NCBI GenBank assembly: GCA_020536535.1
Contig: JAHLWZ010000179.1
Coordinates: forward strand, 1-64,000
Direction: 5' to 3'
DNA length: 64,000 bases
Origin: Pelomyxa schiedti
Taxonomy: Eukaryota > Protista > Evosea
Positions 12,781-23,915 of this stretch are shown in pieces (the stretch's first letter is position 1; every line of letters begins with the position of its first letter). The notes beneath the pieces were generated by a model, which saw only the letters and a program-made list of their open reading frames with translations, searched no databases and was not told the DNA's origin. The position numbers and the translations under genes were made by a program.

Positions 12781-13278
12781 TGTTGGTTGTTTTGTTTGTT
12801 GGTTGTTGGGTTTTTGTGTGCTGTCGGGTTTCGGTTATTGTTTATTCTTTGAGAAATGAAACAAAGCCGACTGGTATTTAAGGAGCAAGTTTTCCTTCTT
12901 CTTGAAAACCGCACTCGTTTTCATTGGAATTCATGGTTGTCGTTGATGCGTCTGGCATCAAAGAAGGTGGAAAGTCGATTCCTTGATTTTCTGTAGAAAA
13001 TCCAAGCCGAAAAGAATGATGTGCATCAGCAACACAGAAGTTAAATTCCATATTTGTGCAGAAGATCCCAGGTCGCAGGCAAAGAAAGTACATCTCGCAT
13101 TTGTTCAAAAATGGTTGGAACCAAGTGTCTTTCGTCCGTTTCGCGCGGTTCGATGACCAGGCGACTTTTGGTGAAAGCGGGTGTAATTGATTGCACACAA
13201 AACAGGGCGTTTTCTGGCCAAAAAACGTGAATTACAATTACAAAAATTTCACGTCTGGCAATTCACAACAAAGGATTT

Positions 13279-16200
13279 TTACACGAGGTATGGCATATTG
13301 CACCTAAAAATGGTTGTGAGGAAAAAAGCCAAATAGAGGAGAAGACTCACGTCACGATTACGTCCCTGTGACCTCTCAGGACCCTCAGGGACACTCCAAC
13401 TGGAAAAGGTTGAAGTTCGTTGTTGAGTAGCATGACTGGTCGGACCTTCTCCTCTTCAGCCAAAAGGCTGGAGCTCTTGAAGTGATCAACCAGTTGCACA
13501 AGCCCTTGTATGCGTGCATATGTTATCTCACATATTTTTTCTGAGTTGAAGCGGGACCACCGCTTGTTGTTGAAGTCATAGTAGAATGAAGGAATTCTCT
13601 CAATGCTTATCATGTTGATAAATGCATAGCCAACATTGCATTTATTCTTTTTTTGTTGGGTTAGTCGTTTTCAAAGTGTTGAAGTAGATGCCTTGAAGTC
13701 AATGGGAAGGTAGAAGAAGTCGTACGCCCCACTATGTAGAGCATCGATTTCCTCTAGTAACATCTTCTGCGAATATTTATTAGGTATATTTCTGATCATA
13801 AGGGTTGTCCGAGAGTCGTTTGTATGTCCTTCATCATCTATGTGGATTGCAAAGCGCTGTCTAGCCATTAAGGTGTCAATTTCTGGACTCTTGAAGGAAG
13901 TAAATACAAGAGAAAGACACTTCTGCATACGGTATTGTGTGGATTCTGTCTATAGTCTAGTACATAGTTTGGAGGAGAACCGCACATGTACCCCAAGGGA
14001 TCCACCTTGCGCAGGTCAGTAAGAAACGATGAAGGAAAGAAGTACATTGCCATAACCAGAAATATCAGAATACGCAGACGGTGGAACATTTTGGGGGTAA
14101 CCTGGAGTGAACCGAGATTTCTCAATCTGAATGTTTAAATGAATTTGTGTAAAGAAGTTTGAACAAACCTTAGAAGCATCATTCAATCGCGATGGAACGG
14201 AAGTTGTCCTCTGCGTTAAGCGATGTGCTGTGTGTTGAAGTTGTGGTTGAGCCAAAAAAGCTGGTGGTATGGAGTTTGGGGGTGGGATTCCTTGCTGTAG
14301 AACTGCTTCGAGAGGGGAGTTCTTGGTAGATGGAAACTGGTACGGATGAAGAAATAAAGACTCGGAACATAACGATTGACTGCGAGTACGTTGAGTATTG
14401 GCATCTTGAAAGTCGGAAGCGCCATGTGAAAAAAACAGAGGAAGCTTTGGTGGGAGAAGAGGAGAACTAGATGCAGAAGGAGGGTCACTGGGAACTGGGA
14501 ATGGAGTAAAGTCACAGCCTGGTTGGATGGATTATTAAAGTTCAGTTCAATTAGTCCTCCTTACCAACTGCCAGTGTAAGATTTGATTCAAGAATGGAAG
14601 ATACCTCAGCTATTTTGTTATCAACCTTCGAAGGTTTGTTGTTGCTCTCTAAAATAAGAGAATGTGAACTCAGAATACCAGCAAAACAAAATACCAAGCA
14701 GAAACTGTTCCATTGGAGATCTATTATCCTAAGATATCATAAGAGGAAAAAAATGTGGGTATAGAAACATAGGAGTTCCTGCACAAACGAAAAAAAAAAA
14801 AAAGGGTGAGAAAATAAAGGGTGATGGTGGGAATATACACAGATGGATCTGAACTACTTGGAGTAAAATTAGAGTGGTTCAATAGTGAGGAAGGATCGTG
14901 AGTAATAAGTTTTAGCATTAGAGACTCAGGAGGATCTGTGGTGGGTAGGAAGCTTGGACTAGTCGGTGAAGAGGTATGTGGGAGCGGTGGTGGAAATGGG
15001 ATTGTTGGCGGAGCTATTTGTATTGACCCAGGTGGTAGCGGGGCTTTGGCTGGTAGAGTTGGGGGAAGTGGTTCGAGTGTAAATTCTGGTTTATTTACAA
15101 TTTGGCTCATAGTCGTTTCATGTTGTTGGGATGGTGCCATTGGTGGCGGATTTCTGTATTGTCCTAGCATACTATGAAGCGAGGATGGCACACTTGCGCC
15201 AAGTGGGTAAATGGAACTTGTCTTAGGCAGCCAGGACGTAGTAGATCTTTCTGGGTTTGGCGTTGGATTTACCAACAGGGAGGATTTTGTTGTCTCTGTC
15301 TGGGAGTCATTTTCAGACAGTGGCTGTTCTGCAGGTGATGAGGGTGGTGGAATATCGATTTCCTCTGATAGTATTAGATTGGGTATAGACGACGAGAGAC
15401 CGGAAGGGTGACGAGAATGAGATCCTGTGGCTGTAGAGGGTGAACCATTACCAGTTGTGAGTGAAAGAGGTGGCGAGCCAGGAGGCCTTAGTTGAAAAGA
15501 AGTAAAGGGAGGCGTCAAAGGTGTAATGGCAGTATGGTTTGGGGACCCTCCAGATGATGTGTGGTGAGATTTGGGTGATGTTTGTGCGTGTAATCCACTG
15601 GACAAAGTTGCTGTCTGCAGGAGCGGAGAGGCAATTTGATTTGAGGAAGTAGAAGATGTGTGTGTATAGGGTATTGCAGGAGAAGAGGACGATAGGGGAC
15701 TTGAGAATGCAGGAGAAAGTGATACCGACCTAGCACGTTGATATGGGGTGTTAGAACTCAGGCTTTGAATCTGCCATCTTTGTTGCTGTGAGATACCAGA
15801 GACATTTACATCGTACTCAGCCCCATCGTTGGTCTGGGGGCGTGGAGGGGACCAAAATTGAGCACGGTTGTTCTCAGTGCTCCTAGTGAAATGATACTCG
15901 CCAGAAGACATGATTGAAGTCGGTACAGCATTAAGAGAACTGTGTTTGTAATGGTCCCAAGACGCAGAATTCGGACTCCCAGTTTGCTTGTGCATCACCA
16001 GAGGAGGCGGTTGGTCGGGGAGATCGCTTTTCTCAGTTGTGGGTGGCTTCTCACAATTGAAAGCGGGGCTCAGAGGATTAAAAGCTGTGCGCTGCTCCAC
16101 GCATAGGGGAGGCGCAGGCTCAGAGTTGCGACGAGGTAGGGCGTCGGGTCTTATGAGTATTGGGCTGGGTGAAGATGACGGAGAGCTGGAAAGGTTGGCC

Positions 16201-16334
16201 GAGTCAGGGTGGGGCGTGAAGTAGCGGTGGCTGGGGAAAACGTGCGGGCTGGCTCTCCAGTTCCAGTGAGGTGGCCCAACGTTGTTGTTGTTGTTGTTGT
16301 TGCTGGAGTGGGAAGTCGTTGCGCTCGTCCACAT
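13279..16334 (-). CDS. mei2: Mei2-like RNA-binding protein (C-terminal RRM3) with long Ser/Pro-rich N-terminus
   Basis: RTTLMIRNIPNKYSQKMLLEEID...YDFFYLPIDFK|NKCNVGYAFINM...FNNKRWSRFNSEKICEITYARIQG; exact 3' end uncertain (13279 or 13347). Confidence 0.85.
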
Positions 16335-16508
16335 TTTTTATTTTTTCCCTCTTTTTGTAGAATCGGTTTTCTCTGTATCGGTGCTTTGAGTTAATGTCAC
16401 CAGAGGTTCCTCGCAGCAAGTGCTCTCTGCTTCTCCCGGGGGACTTTCTCGTTATTGTTCTTTCTGAGACACAACCAAAGCAGAGAATAAGAACAAAGTT
16501 CCGAGAAA

Positions 16509-17763
16509 ATGGGAATCACAGAGTCGAATCAGCACTTCATCGGCTCCCGCGTCGTCGAGTTTCTACCAAATAGGAGCGTATGTGATGTATCCTTACTTTG
16601 TCGTCAGTTCTTGGTCCTCTCTGCGCACGAATGTAGACGAAGGATCGCCGAGATCACATGGCCATCGAATTTTGCCTACAGCGGTGCTAACTTTTTACCT
16701 GAGATGAGGTGCACGTGTGTAAGTCAGCTCGCGCCTGGTTCGGGCTGCCTCAGGTGCTGTGCCTGGTGGTTGGGGTTATTCCGAGACTACTTCTGTTGCG
16801 GATTCTCTGACGCGGCAATGCAGATTGCTTTTCTTAGCATTGGAGAGCGTCTGGTATTCCTTGGTAGGTATATGTTCCAGGTTCCTCTGTATTTAACGCT
16901 TTGATGAAGAACCAACCCGCTCAGTGCGTATCGCAGCTACTTTGAATGAGCCTTTTCCGGTCGGAGATCATGTGACAATAGCGCGGCTACCTCCTTTGCT
17001 ACTTCCTGACTCGGCTCTGTGGTGGGATGCAGTTGATAAAATGACGCAGAGTAATGTTAACAAGGTCATCGGATCCACTGTAAGTGATGGCGGCTTTCTC
17101 AAGGGTGACGTAGCTGCTGTGCTGTCCTTGAACGCACTGGATTCAAAGGAGGAGATGGGTTGTTCAATCTATGAGCGTGCAATGTTCATGGTCCTCTTGC
17201 TGCGAGATAGAAGATTTGCTCTCGTCTGTGAAGGCTCATATGTTGATAGTGTGCACAGCCAAGCCTTTGTCAGAACCAGTGTCTGGGTTGCCCCCACACT
17301 GCGCGACCTTGTGTCCCTCGCACTTGGGGATAAAGAGAGGAGAATATTGGCTGTACGCGCTCTTCCATCTCAGTCAGCTCCAAATCCAGAGAATACCCGA
17401 TTCACCACTATGTACAAGAAAGTTAAGCCGCACAGGAGATTCGTGAAACACGAAGGCGGGTCGACAACAGAAATTGTGGAACCAGAAGGGTCAGTGCTGG
17501 ATTCCTGGCTCCAACATGCCATTTCATCGGCGCATATAGCTGAAGACAACGTGCTTTACTCTCAAACACCCAGCTCGTGCTCTGGAGATGAAGAGATATA
17601 CGAGAGATTCAAGAAGGTGTGGCCCTTCTCAACAGGATCCTATACAAGCTGTGAATACCTGCCGTCTGTGCCAGAATATGAGGAGTGGTGGCCAAACTAT
17701 GTTTGGGATGAGAGAACAGCAGCCCCTGGGGAGTGGCCTGATTCGGATTCAGATTCGGAATGA
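16509..17763 (+). CDS. Uncharacterised two-exon protein with F-box-like N-terminus
   Basis: ORFs 16509 and 16924 join through intron 16864-16924; VVEFLPNRSVCDVSLLCRQF resembles an F-box. Confidence 0.55.
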
Positions 17764-17905
17764 GAGGCGGTGCTTTTTGATCAAGTAGCAGTACCCCAGC
17801 CGTGCCCAATGTGGCAGGAAGGAGATTTTTTTCAAACCCATTCTGAGCATTGGTTTTTTTCCTGTTTACAAATTGGAAAATTTTAATAACAAAAGTTTGG
17901 GGTTG

Positions 17906-20188
17906 ATGATACGGGCGTCTCTCGTGTGGATTGCATTCCTCGCGGTTAACTGCTGTGTATGTCAAACTCCTTCACCAAGGCAACCCCCAACTACAAAAAA
18001 AAGGATGCTTTCAGCAGGGTAGTGCCGCCGGACAAGGTTCCTATCAAGCACTACGAAATTGTGGGAGACGCAACCCCGGCCGCATTGGCAGGCCCGCACC
18101 CCAGCTTTGTTCCCTTTAACGGCATCGTGGACACCTGCGTGGTCGACGAAGCCACTGGGCTATGCACCCTACACAACGTGGCGGCCGTGATCCCGGCCCG
18201 CCACTTTGACGACGAAGTGGGAGACGGCGGGAGGGCGGCCCGCGACTTGGTGGCCGAGTGCCCGACCGGGGAGTGCCCCGCGGGGTCCAGCTGTTGCTGC
18301 ACGCACTACGACGACGGCTGGGAGTGCGCCGCTGAGGACCAGCAGTGAGTGTACACCCCGCACACCCACACCACGTCTCGCGTTTGACTTTTGCGTTGTG
18401 GGGCTGGGCATTGTTTGGGGATTATGGGAGGGACTGGATTCTTATGACCACCACCAACAAATACTTTAAAGGTGGGAGTGCCTGAGCCCGCTATTGTGGG
18501 ATTGTTGTGGTTGCACTGACTACTGCTACGTCTGCAGGTAGGCTCGCCTATTGTTACTGTTACTTGAAGCTCAGTCTATCAGCAAATTGGCCAACTATAC
18601 TTGCACCTCTTTCAATGGTGATATGGGTTGTGCTGTCTCTGGCTGGGATTACTCTACTGGAAACTGCTCTCCAGAGGCAAGCTGTCGGATGATTGATCAG
18701 AACAACAACACCCACTGGCTCACCACCCCTCAAGATGACAATCAGTTCGTTACTATTTGTAATTACACATGTAATGTACCTCACAATTTCCCTCTGTAGG
18801 CCCCAGTGTTTTGACTCTGACCAGTACGATTGCTGTGGTGGATCCATAATAGAAGAGTATGCAATCCTGCTTGCCTTCTTACTGGGATTCAACGATAATA
18901 TAGCACTTCAGTGATGGCTGCCTGTGATATCTATAGCGGGCTTACTTGCTCTTTCGATATTTTCAGTGGCTACCCCACCTGTAGATTTGTGTCAGGTGGC
19001 GACTCCCCTTGTCCCTATGGCGGTTGTGGAGCTGGAGGGGAATGCTGTTGTGGGATGGATGGATGTGCTGCCAGGTTCTCTCTACTTGCATGTCCTGCTT
19101 TATCCACTTTTGACACAACCGTGACTTAAAACTGAACTAACTACGTCAAGTGATGGTCGGTACACTTGCCTGGATGAATCGAAGCAATGCTGTGGCTGTG
19201 GTTCGGCATATTGCTATATATGCAGCGATTACAAGCAATGCTTGATCGTGAACGAAACTCAATCTTGTTTTAGTTGGCATTGTGATCTTTCCTCCTACAA
19301 CTCAAAAGATGGGTGTGATTGTGGCTGTGGTATCCTGGATCCTGGTTCGCCTTTTATTATTGATAAACATTGAAGTTTAATTTCTTCAGATTGCCTGAGT
19401 TCAGACTATGTAAAGAATTGTGCTGCTGGTCAGATGTGTAATTCGTTTGGTTACTGCTACTATCCTACAGTTCCGGATACATGGACCTGTTCCCCTGATA
19501 AATATAATGCTAATGACGGATGCGATTGTGAGTGTGGTGCGTAGGAAATATCTGTAGAAATACTCTAACTCTCTCTCAGGAGAATACGATCCAGATTGTT
19601 CAATAGATCAGCAACCTGGCACTGTCACAAACTGTGACTCAAACAGCATTTGTTCTAAATCTGCTGAATGCATACCATGGCACTGCGACGGTAACGCGTA
19701 CGGTACTTTGGATGGCTGCCACTGTGACTGTGGATCGCCTGATCCAGATTGCGACACCCAAAAAGTAACCTTGAACTGTGATTCTCGCCACCACTGTGAA
19801 TCTGGCTCATGCCGCTATGACGACTCTTGTATGACTCCAAACTCAAACGCCGCACCTCTAACCAATAGCAGTTGTAATAGGCATCTCCATTGGGAGTGTG
19901 CTTATTTTCATTTTCGTTGTTGCTGTATCCGCTTGCATTGGGGTCTGTTTTGTTTCACATCGTCGCCGAAAGAACAGAGCCGAGGCAGAACGGCTCATTC
20001 CTCACGCGGATATTGCTGGGATGAACTACACCCCGGCTGCCCCCGCCATACCCGCAGTGGATGTGTACAGCCCTCCAAATTATCCACCTGTAGGTTACAC
20101 CAGTGGATACGAAACTGTGGCTTTGGTTGCCTCAGAACCACCCCCTTACACTGAGGTGGATCCAAACACCACAGGGCAATCAAGTTGA
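17906..20188 (+). CDS. Cys-rich type I membrane protein with three W-x-C...DGCxCxCG..DPDC repeats and a PPxY tail
   Basis: Signal peptide MIRASLVWIAFLAVNC; GT-AG joins link ORFs 17959, 18551, 18693, 18911 and 19898; TM VLIFIFVVAVSACIGVCFV followed by HRRRK; tail has PPNY and PPPY. Confidence 0.75.
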
Positions 20189-20218
20189 ATTTTGTGACAA
20201 AATATAATCTTTTCTTCC

Positions 20219-21012
20219 TCAATACATCCACAAACCAACACAAACTGCAACACATGCAACACAGACAGTAGCAAGTATACAATAGTTGATTCCTGAATTT
20301 GACTTTGGTGCTCCGTTCGGAAAAATTGGAGCCATCTTTCCCTGCAGTTGAAGCTATTTTTTTTGTTTTAAGTTAGGTCTTTGTGGGGTGCAATAAGAAG
20401 AGATCACCTGACAAAGTTGGCCACGTGAAGCGGTTGTGACACTTCCAGCGGGTGCCGCTGTGGTTTGTGTCTCCTGTGTTGTGTATTACGGCCAAGGTAA
20501 TGTTCAAACTAAAAAAAAAAAGGAATCTGGGGGTGATACCGAATCTATTTTACTCTGCCATGCAGGGGGAAGATTTTGATATTTACCGTCCTGGAATGTT
20601 ACATGTGCAGTGTGTTTCAGGCTGTATGGTTCCCCAATAGGGCCCTCTGTTGGCTGGTTGTTTGTTAATGTGAGTCGTGGAATTGAATGTTGGTTGGGTG
20701 TGTATTAATTACGAGGGTTACGAAACCTCGGCTTGAGAGATCAGTACTGGTTTGTCAGTCTAATGTGTGATAAATAAGACAATAACAGCAAACAGTTGGA
20801 GACGAACTGCTTTATTAATCTCGGCCTCCCAGTGAATAGGAAGATTTGTGTATTCTTTTCTGGTGCCGTCGTAGCCAACGTGGGCAACGTGCACAAAGTT
20901 GGCCGGTGCTGAAATGACGATGTTTTGTTCGTCCTGTTCCTGTGTTCGGAGATCAACAACACAACCAAGACCAAAATGCCCCGTGTGCAAACGAAAGTGG
21001 TACCGTTGCCAT
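20219..21012 (-). CDS. Small protein with two CRIB/PBD motifs and no kinase domain; C-terminal exons uncertain
   Basis: ISAPANFVHVAHVGYDGTRKEYTNLPIHWEAEI and IGEPYSLKHTAHVTFQDGKYQNLPPAWQSKI. Confidence 0.7.
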
Positions 21013-21117
21013 GACCTTGTTGCTAGGTTTCTTTTATTTCGTGAGTTTTGGTTTTGAAACGGTTTTCCGTTTTTCGGTTTTTTTTTGAAAAGCTGTTTTT
21101 TTTTGTGGGTTTCTATT

Positions 21118-21789
21118 CTAATCCGTGGAGAGCCAGTCGTCCCTCTGTTTGTTAAAATACATGTATACAGCGAAGGCTATAAACTGAACAAGGACTCCAC
21201 CACAGATCCACAAAACGGCTTCCCATTGCATCTGTTCTTATTAGTAGGGTACGAGGACAAAGGGAGCTCAACCTTGTCAAATTGAAGAAGAAATGCAATG
21301 GAGCCTTGGGAGGTGTTAGACCACTGAGGAAATACCTCGTCACAAACCAATCGCAATGGTTATAAAAGTACTGGAAATGAAAATGGCCCAGTCATCAACC
21401 TTCCTGATAGATTGTTTTTGTGTGTTGGCACATAGCACGGCCTGCAAACCTGGATACACCCTTGATTGCAACACAAGTGGGCGGTATTGCTAGAAGCAGT
21501 TCAGCCACTGTCGTTTGCCCAAATTAGTAAAGGAATGTAAGGTCGACAGTACAAGGAATTAAAGGCCATGCAGATTTGTCAGGAACAATGCAGGAAAGAA
21601 TGTAAAAGGTGACGCCCAACACAAGCAACGATGCACAACCAAGCAAACTAGGTTACGGTCAACGTTCCAATCGAAATGGTCAATAAAAGAAAGTGGAGCG
21701 TAAGTCTACTAACACTGCTCTAAGTCAGCAAAACAAAATGAAGTCAGTTATTAGCGCACACCTAGTAGCCACTTGACAGTACTGGCCAT
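21118..21789 (-). CDS. VPS55: Vps55/LEPROT (endospanin) family 4-TM protein, absent from the ORF track
   Basis: Spliced: LGVTFYILSCIVPDKSAWPLIPL...DDWAIFISSTFITIAIGSIAFLLQFDKMQWEAVLWICGGVLVQFIAFAVYMYFNKQRDDW; fits the Vps55 pattern (L.C....WPL; AIF.T; I.W.A). Confidence 0.75.
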
Positions 21790-21925
21790 GGCTGTTGCAG
21801 ATCGGTTTTATTTAAAAAAAATGGTGGCAAGGCACCTGAGGCAAGTCGTTAGTTCAACTCTCCGGCAGATGATGTCTTTTTTTTGCAAATTGGGGATTAT
21901 TTTTTCCCTTTCCTGCCAAGACACA

Positions 21926-23572
21926 ATGACAGAGGCCGGACGTAAAAGAGAGCCGTCGTCAACACCGACACGTGAAGATGACAGATCTCTCTCGACAAGT
22001 CCCAAGAGAAGACGCACTTGCTCAGATGTGTCGAATACGGTTTCCGCGGTACCAACGACTAGCACTACTTCTACAACGTCCAGTACGAGCAGGGCTATGT
22101 GTGCAACAAACTCATCGCGTTGGGACAGTAACACTCGTACAAGCAGCGCCGAACCGGGCGAAAAGTTGCCTGCGGTGTCTCACCAAATGCAATTGCGGCC
22201 GCGTCGTGTACTCCCAATGTCTTTGAGAATGCAGGCTAAATATGACGTGAGTGATTCCGACACAGACGAACAGAGAAAGAGTAGCGACATACAAAAGGAA
22301 GACGAGAAGGCAGTGGTGGACTCTGACAGTGGAGGTGAAGTTCTGGAGAAGAGTGATAAAATTAAGTTCACCTTTCGCAATGGGGGGAAAACGATGCGCC
22401 GCGGGATGAGCCCAACCAAAATTTCTGAGTTGCGTTCCGGGTATCTAACACCAGTAACTACACCCGTCAATTCCTCTCAGATAAAAGTACCTCTCGACTC
22501 TGATGTTGAAGAAGTCCCTCTTCCACGCACAGTGAGACCCACCATCATTGACTTGGATGGTGAATCTAGTGACACCAGCACAAATTTATCTGAGGAAAAA
22601 CCGGAAAAACCACCAGCCTCTGCTTCACGCTCAACTTGGGTTCGTAATACTGGCAGCCCTTCGACATTGAGTGAAAGGGAACTACAAGTACTAAGAGACG
22701 AAGAGTACGCCAAACAACTTGCACGCGAACAAGAAGAAGCAGCAGCATCTATTTTCATTCAAAGTATTGCCCACCACACACCGCCATTCGTGGAAGACCG
22801 TTCTCACACTTCTTCTTCCCACACTTCCCCTTCTCATACGTCCCATTCACACATGTATCCTTCCAACACACCTCCTTCGCGCACTTCGCCTTCGCACACG
22901 TCTCATTTCCACACTTCTCCCCACACCTCAACCAACACCTCAACCCACACCTCAACCCACACAACTTCCAGTCGTCCATACAGACCCCCCGTGGACACGA
23001 AATTTCACCACAGACCCACTGTTGAATTTCACCATAGTCCTAGCACAAGAAAGCCACTCGCACATTCTGTGCACGTACCAGCCGCACATTCTGTGCACGT
23101 ACCACCAGCTGAAGCGTCATCGAAAAAATCACCTCGACTCCCAAGAAATATTTCCGACTTGCAACACAGGTTCCCTCTTCTTCGACAGTCTTATTTGCTC
23201 TTAAAACCTCAAGAGAGCTATCAAGTGAGGACTATGAAACTCTCCTGAAGCTTGATGAAAAAATCCCTAACAGAAAAGGAGCCCGTAAAGATGAAATAGC
23301 CTCTCTGGAGCTCATCAAAGCACAGGTAGTTCCATCTGCATGTGGGTAACTAGCGTTGTGATTGTGCCTTCAGGCGGGTTCTGACACAGAATGTTCTATC
23401 TGCCTCGACAACATACAATCGGGACAAATGACCCGCGTTCTTCCATGTGAACATACCTTTCACCAGAAGGTACAACACTTATGTGCGAGTACTCGCAACT
23501 AACTCAATGCAGTGTATTGACAAATGGCTCATGCAAAACAGAACGTGTCCCGTTTGCAAGTCATCAATCTAA
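21926..23572 (+). CDS. RING-H2 E3 ubiquitin ligase with disordered N-terminus
   Basis: DYETLLKLDE...CSICLDNIQSGQMTRVLPCEHTFHQKCIDKWLMQNRTCPVCK after three GT-AG introns. Confidence 0.88.
22921..23105 (+). repeat. Coding tandem repeats: 12-nt (HTST-like) units and a 24-nt duplication (AHSVHVP x2)
   Basis: CACACCTCAACC repeats; CGCACATTCTGTGCACGTACCA twice. Confidence 0.8.
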
Positions 23573-23915
23573 AGATAAAGAAAAGTTTTTTTTGTGCCTT
23601 TCGTTGGAGATTTGGAATTGCAGTTGCAGATCGCCAACATGGACCGTCAGTACCGCCACACTTTTTTTTTTCTGTCCCCTGGTTTTTTCTCCTCGTGGTG
23701 ATTGACGGTTAATGGCGTAGGTGGCGGGACAGCGACCCCAAGCGGCAACCAACAAATTGTGGGACAACCGACCAATGTCAACCCTCCCCCTTTGAGTGAC
23801 AACAGAAACAAGCAGTTTGGTGCACCACACTCTCTTCTTTTTTTTTCTTTCCATTGTGTTTTGTTCTTCCCCTTTTTCTAAATCAAGCACAGAAGACAAA
23901 ACAGGCAATCCGATC

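Noticed and set aside
12878-13198. 106-aa ORF upstream of the cyclin
   Set aside because: Non-ATG start, no motifs or splice support; likely promoter/UTR, although a hidden ncRNA cannot be excluded
17959-18348. Independent 129-aa Cys-rich protein
   Set aside because: It ends at a GTGAGT donor and is an internal exon of the 17906-20188 membrane protein
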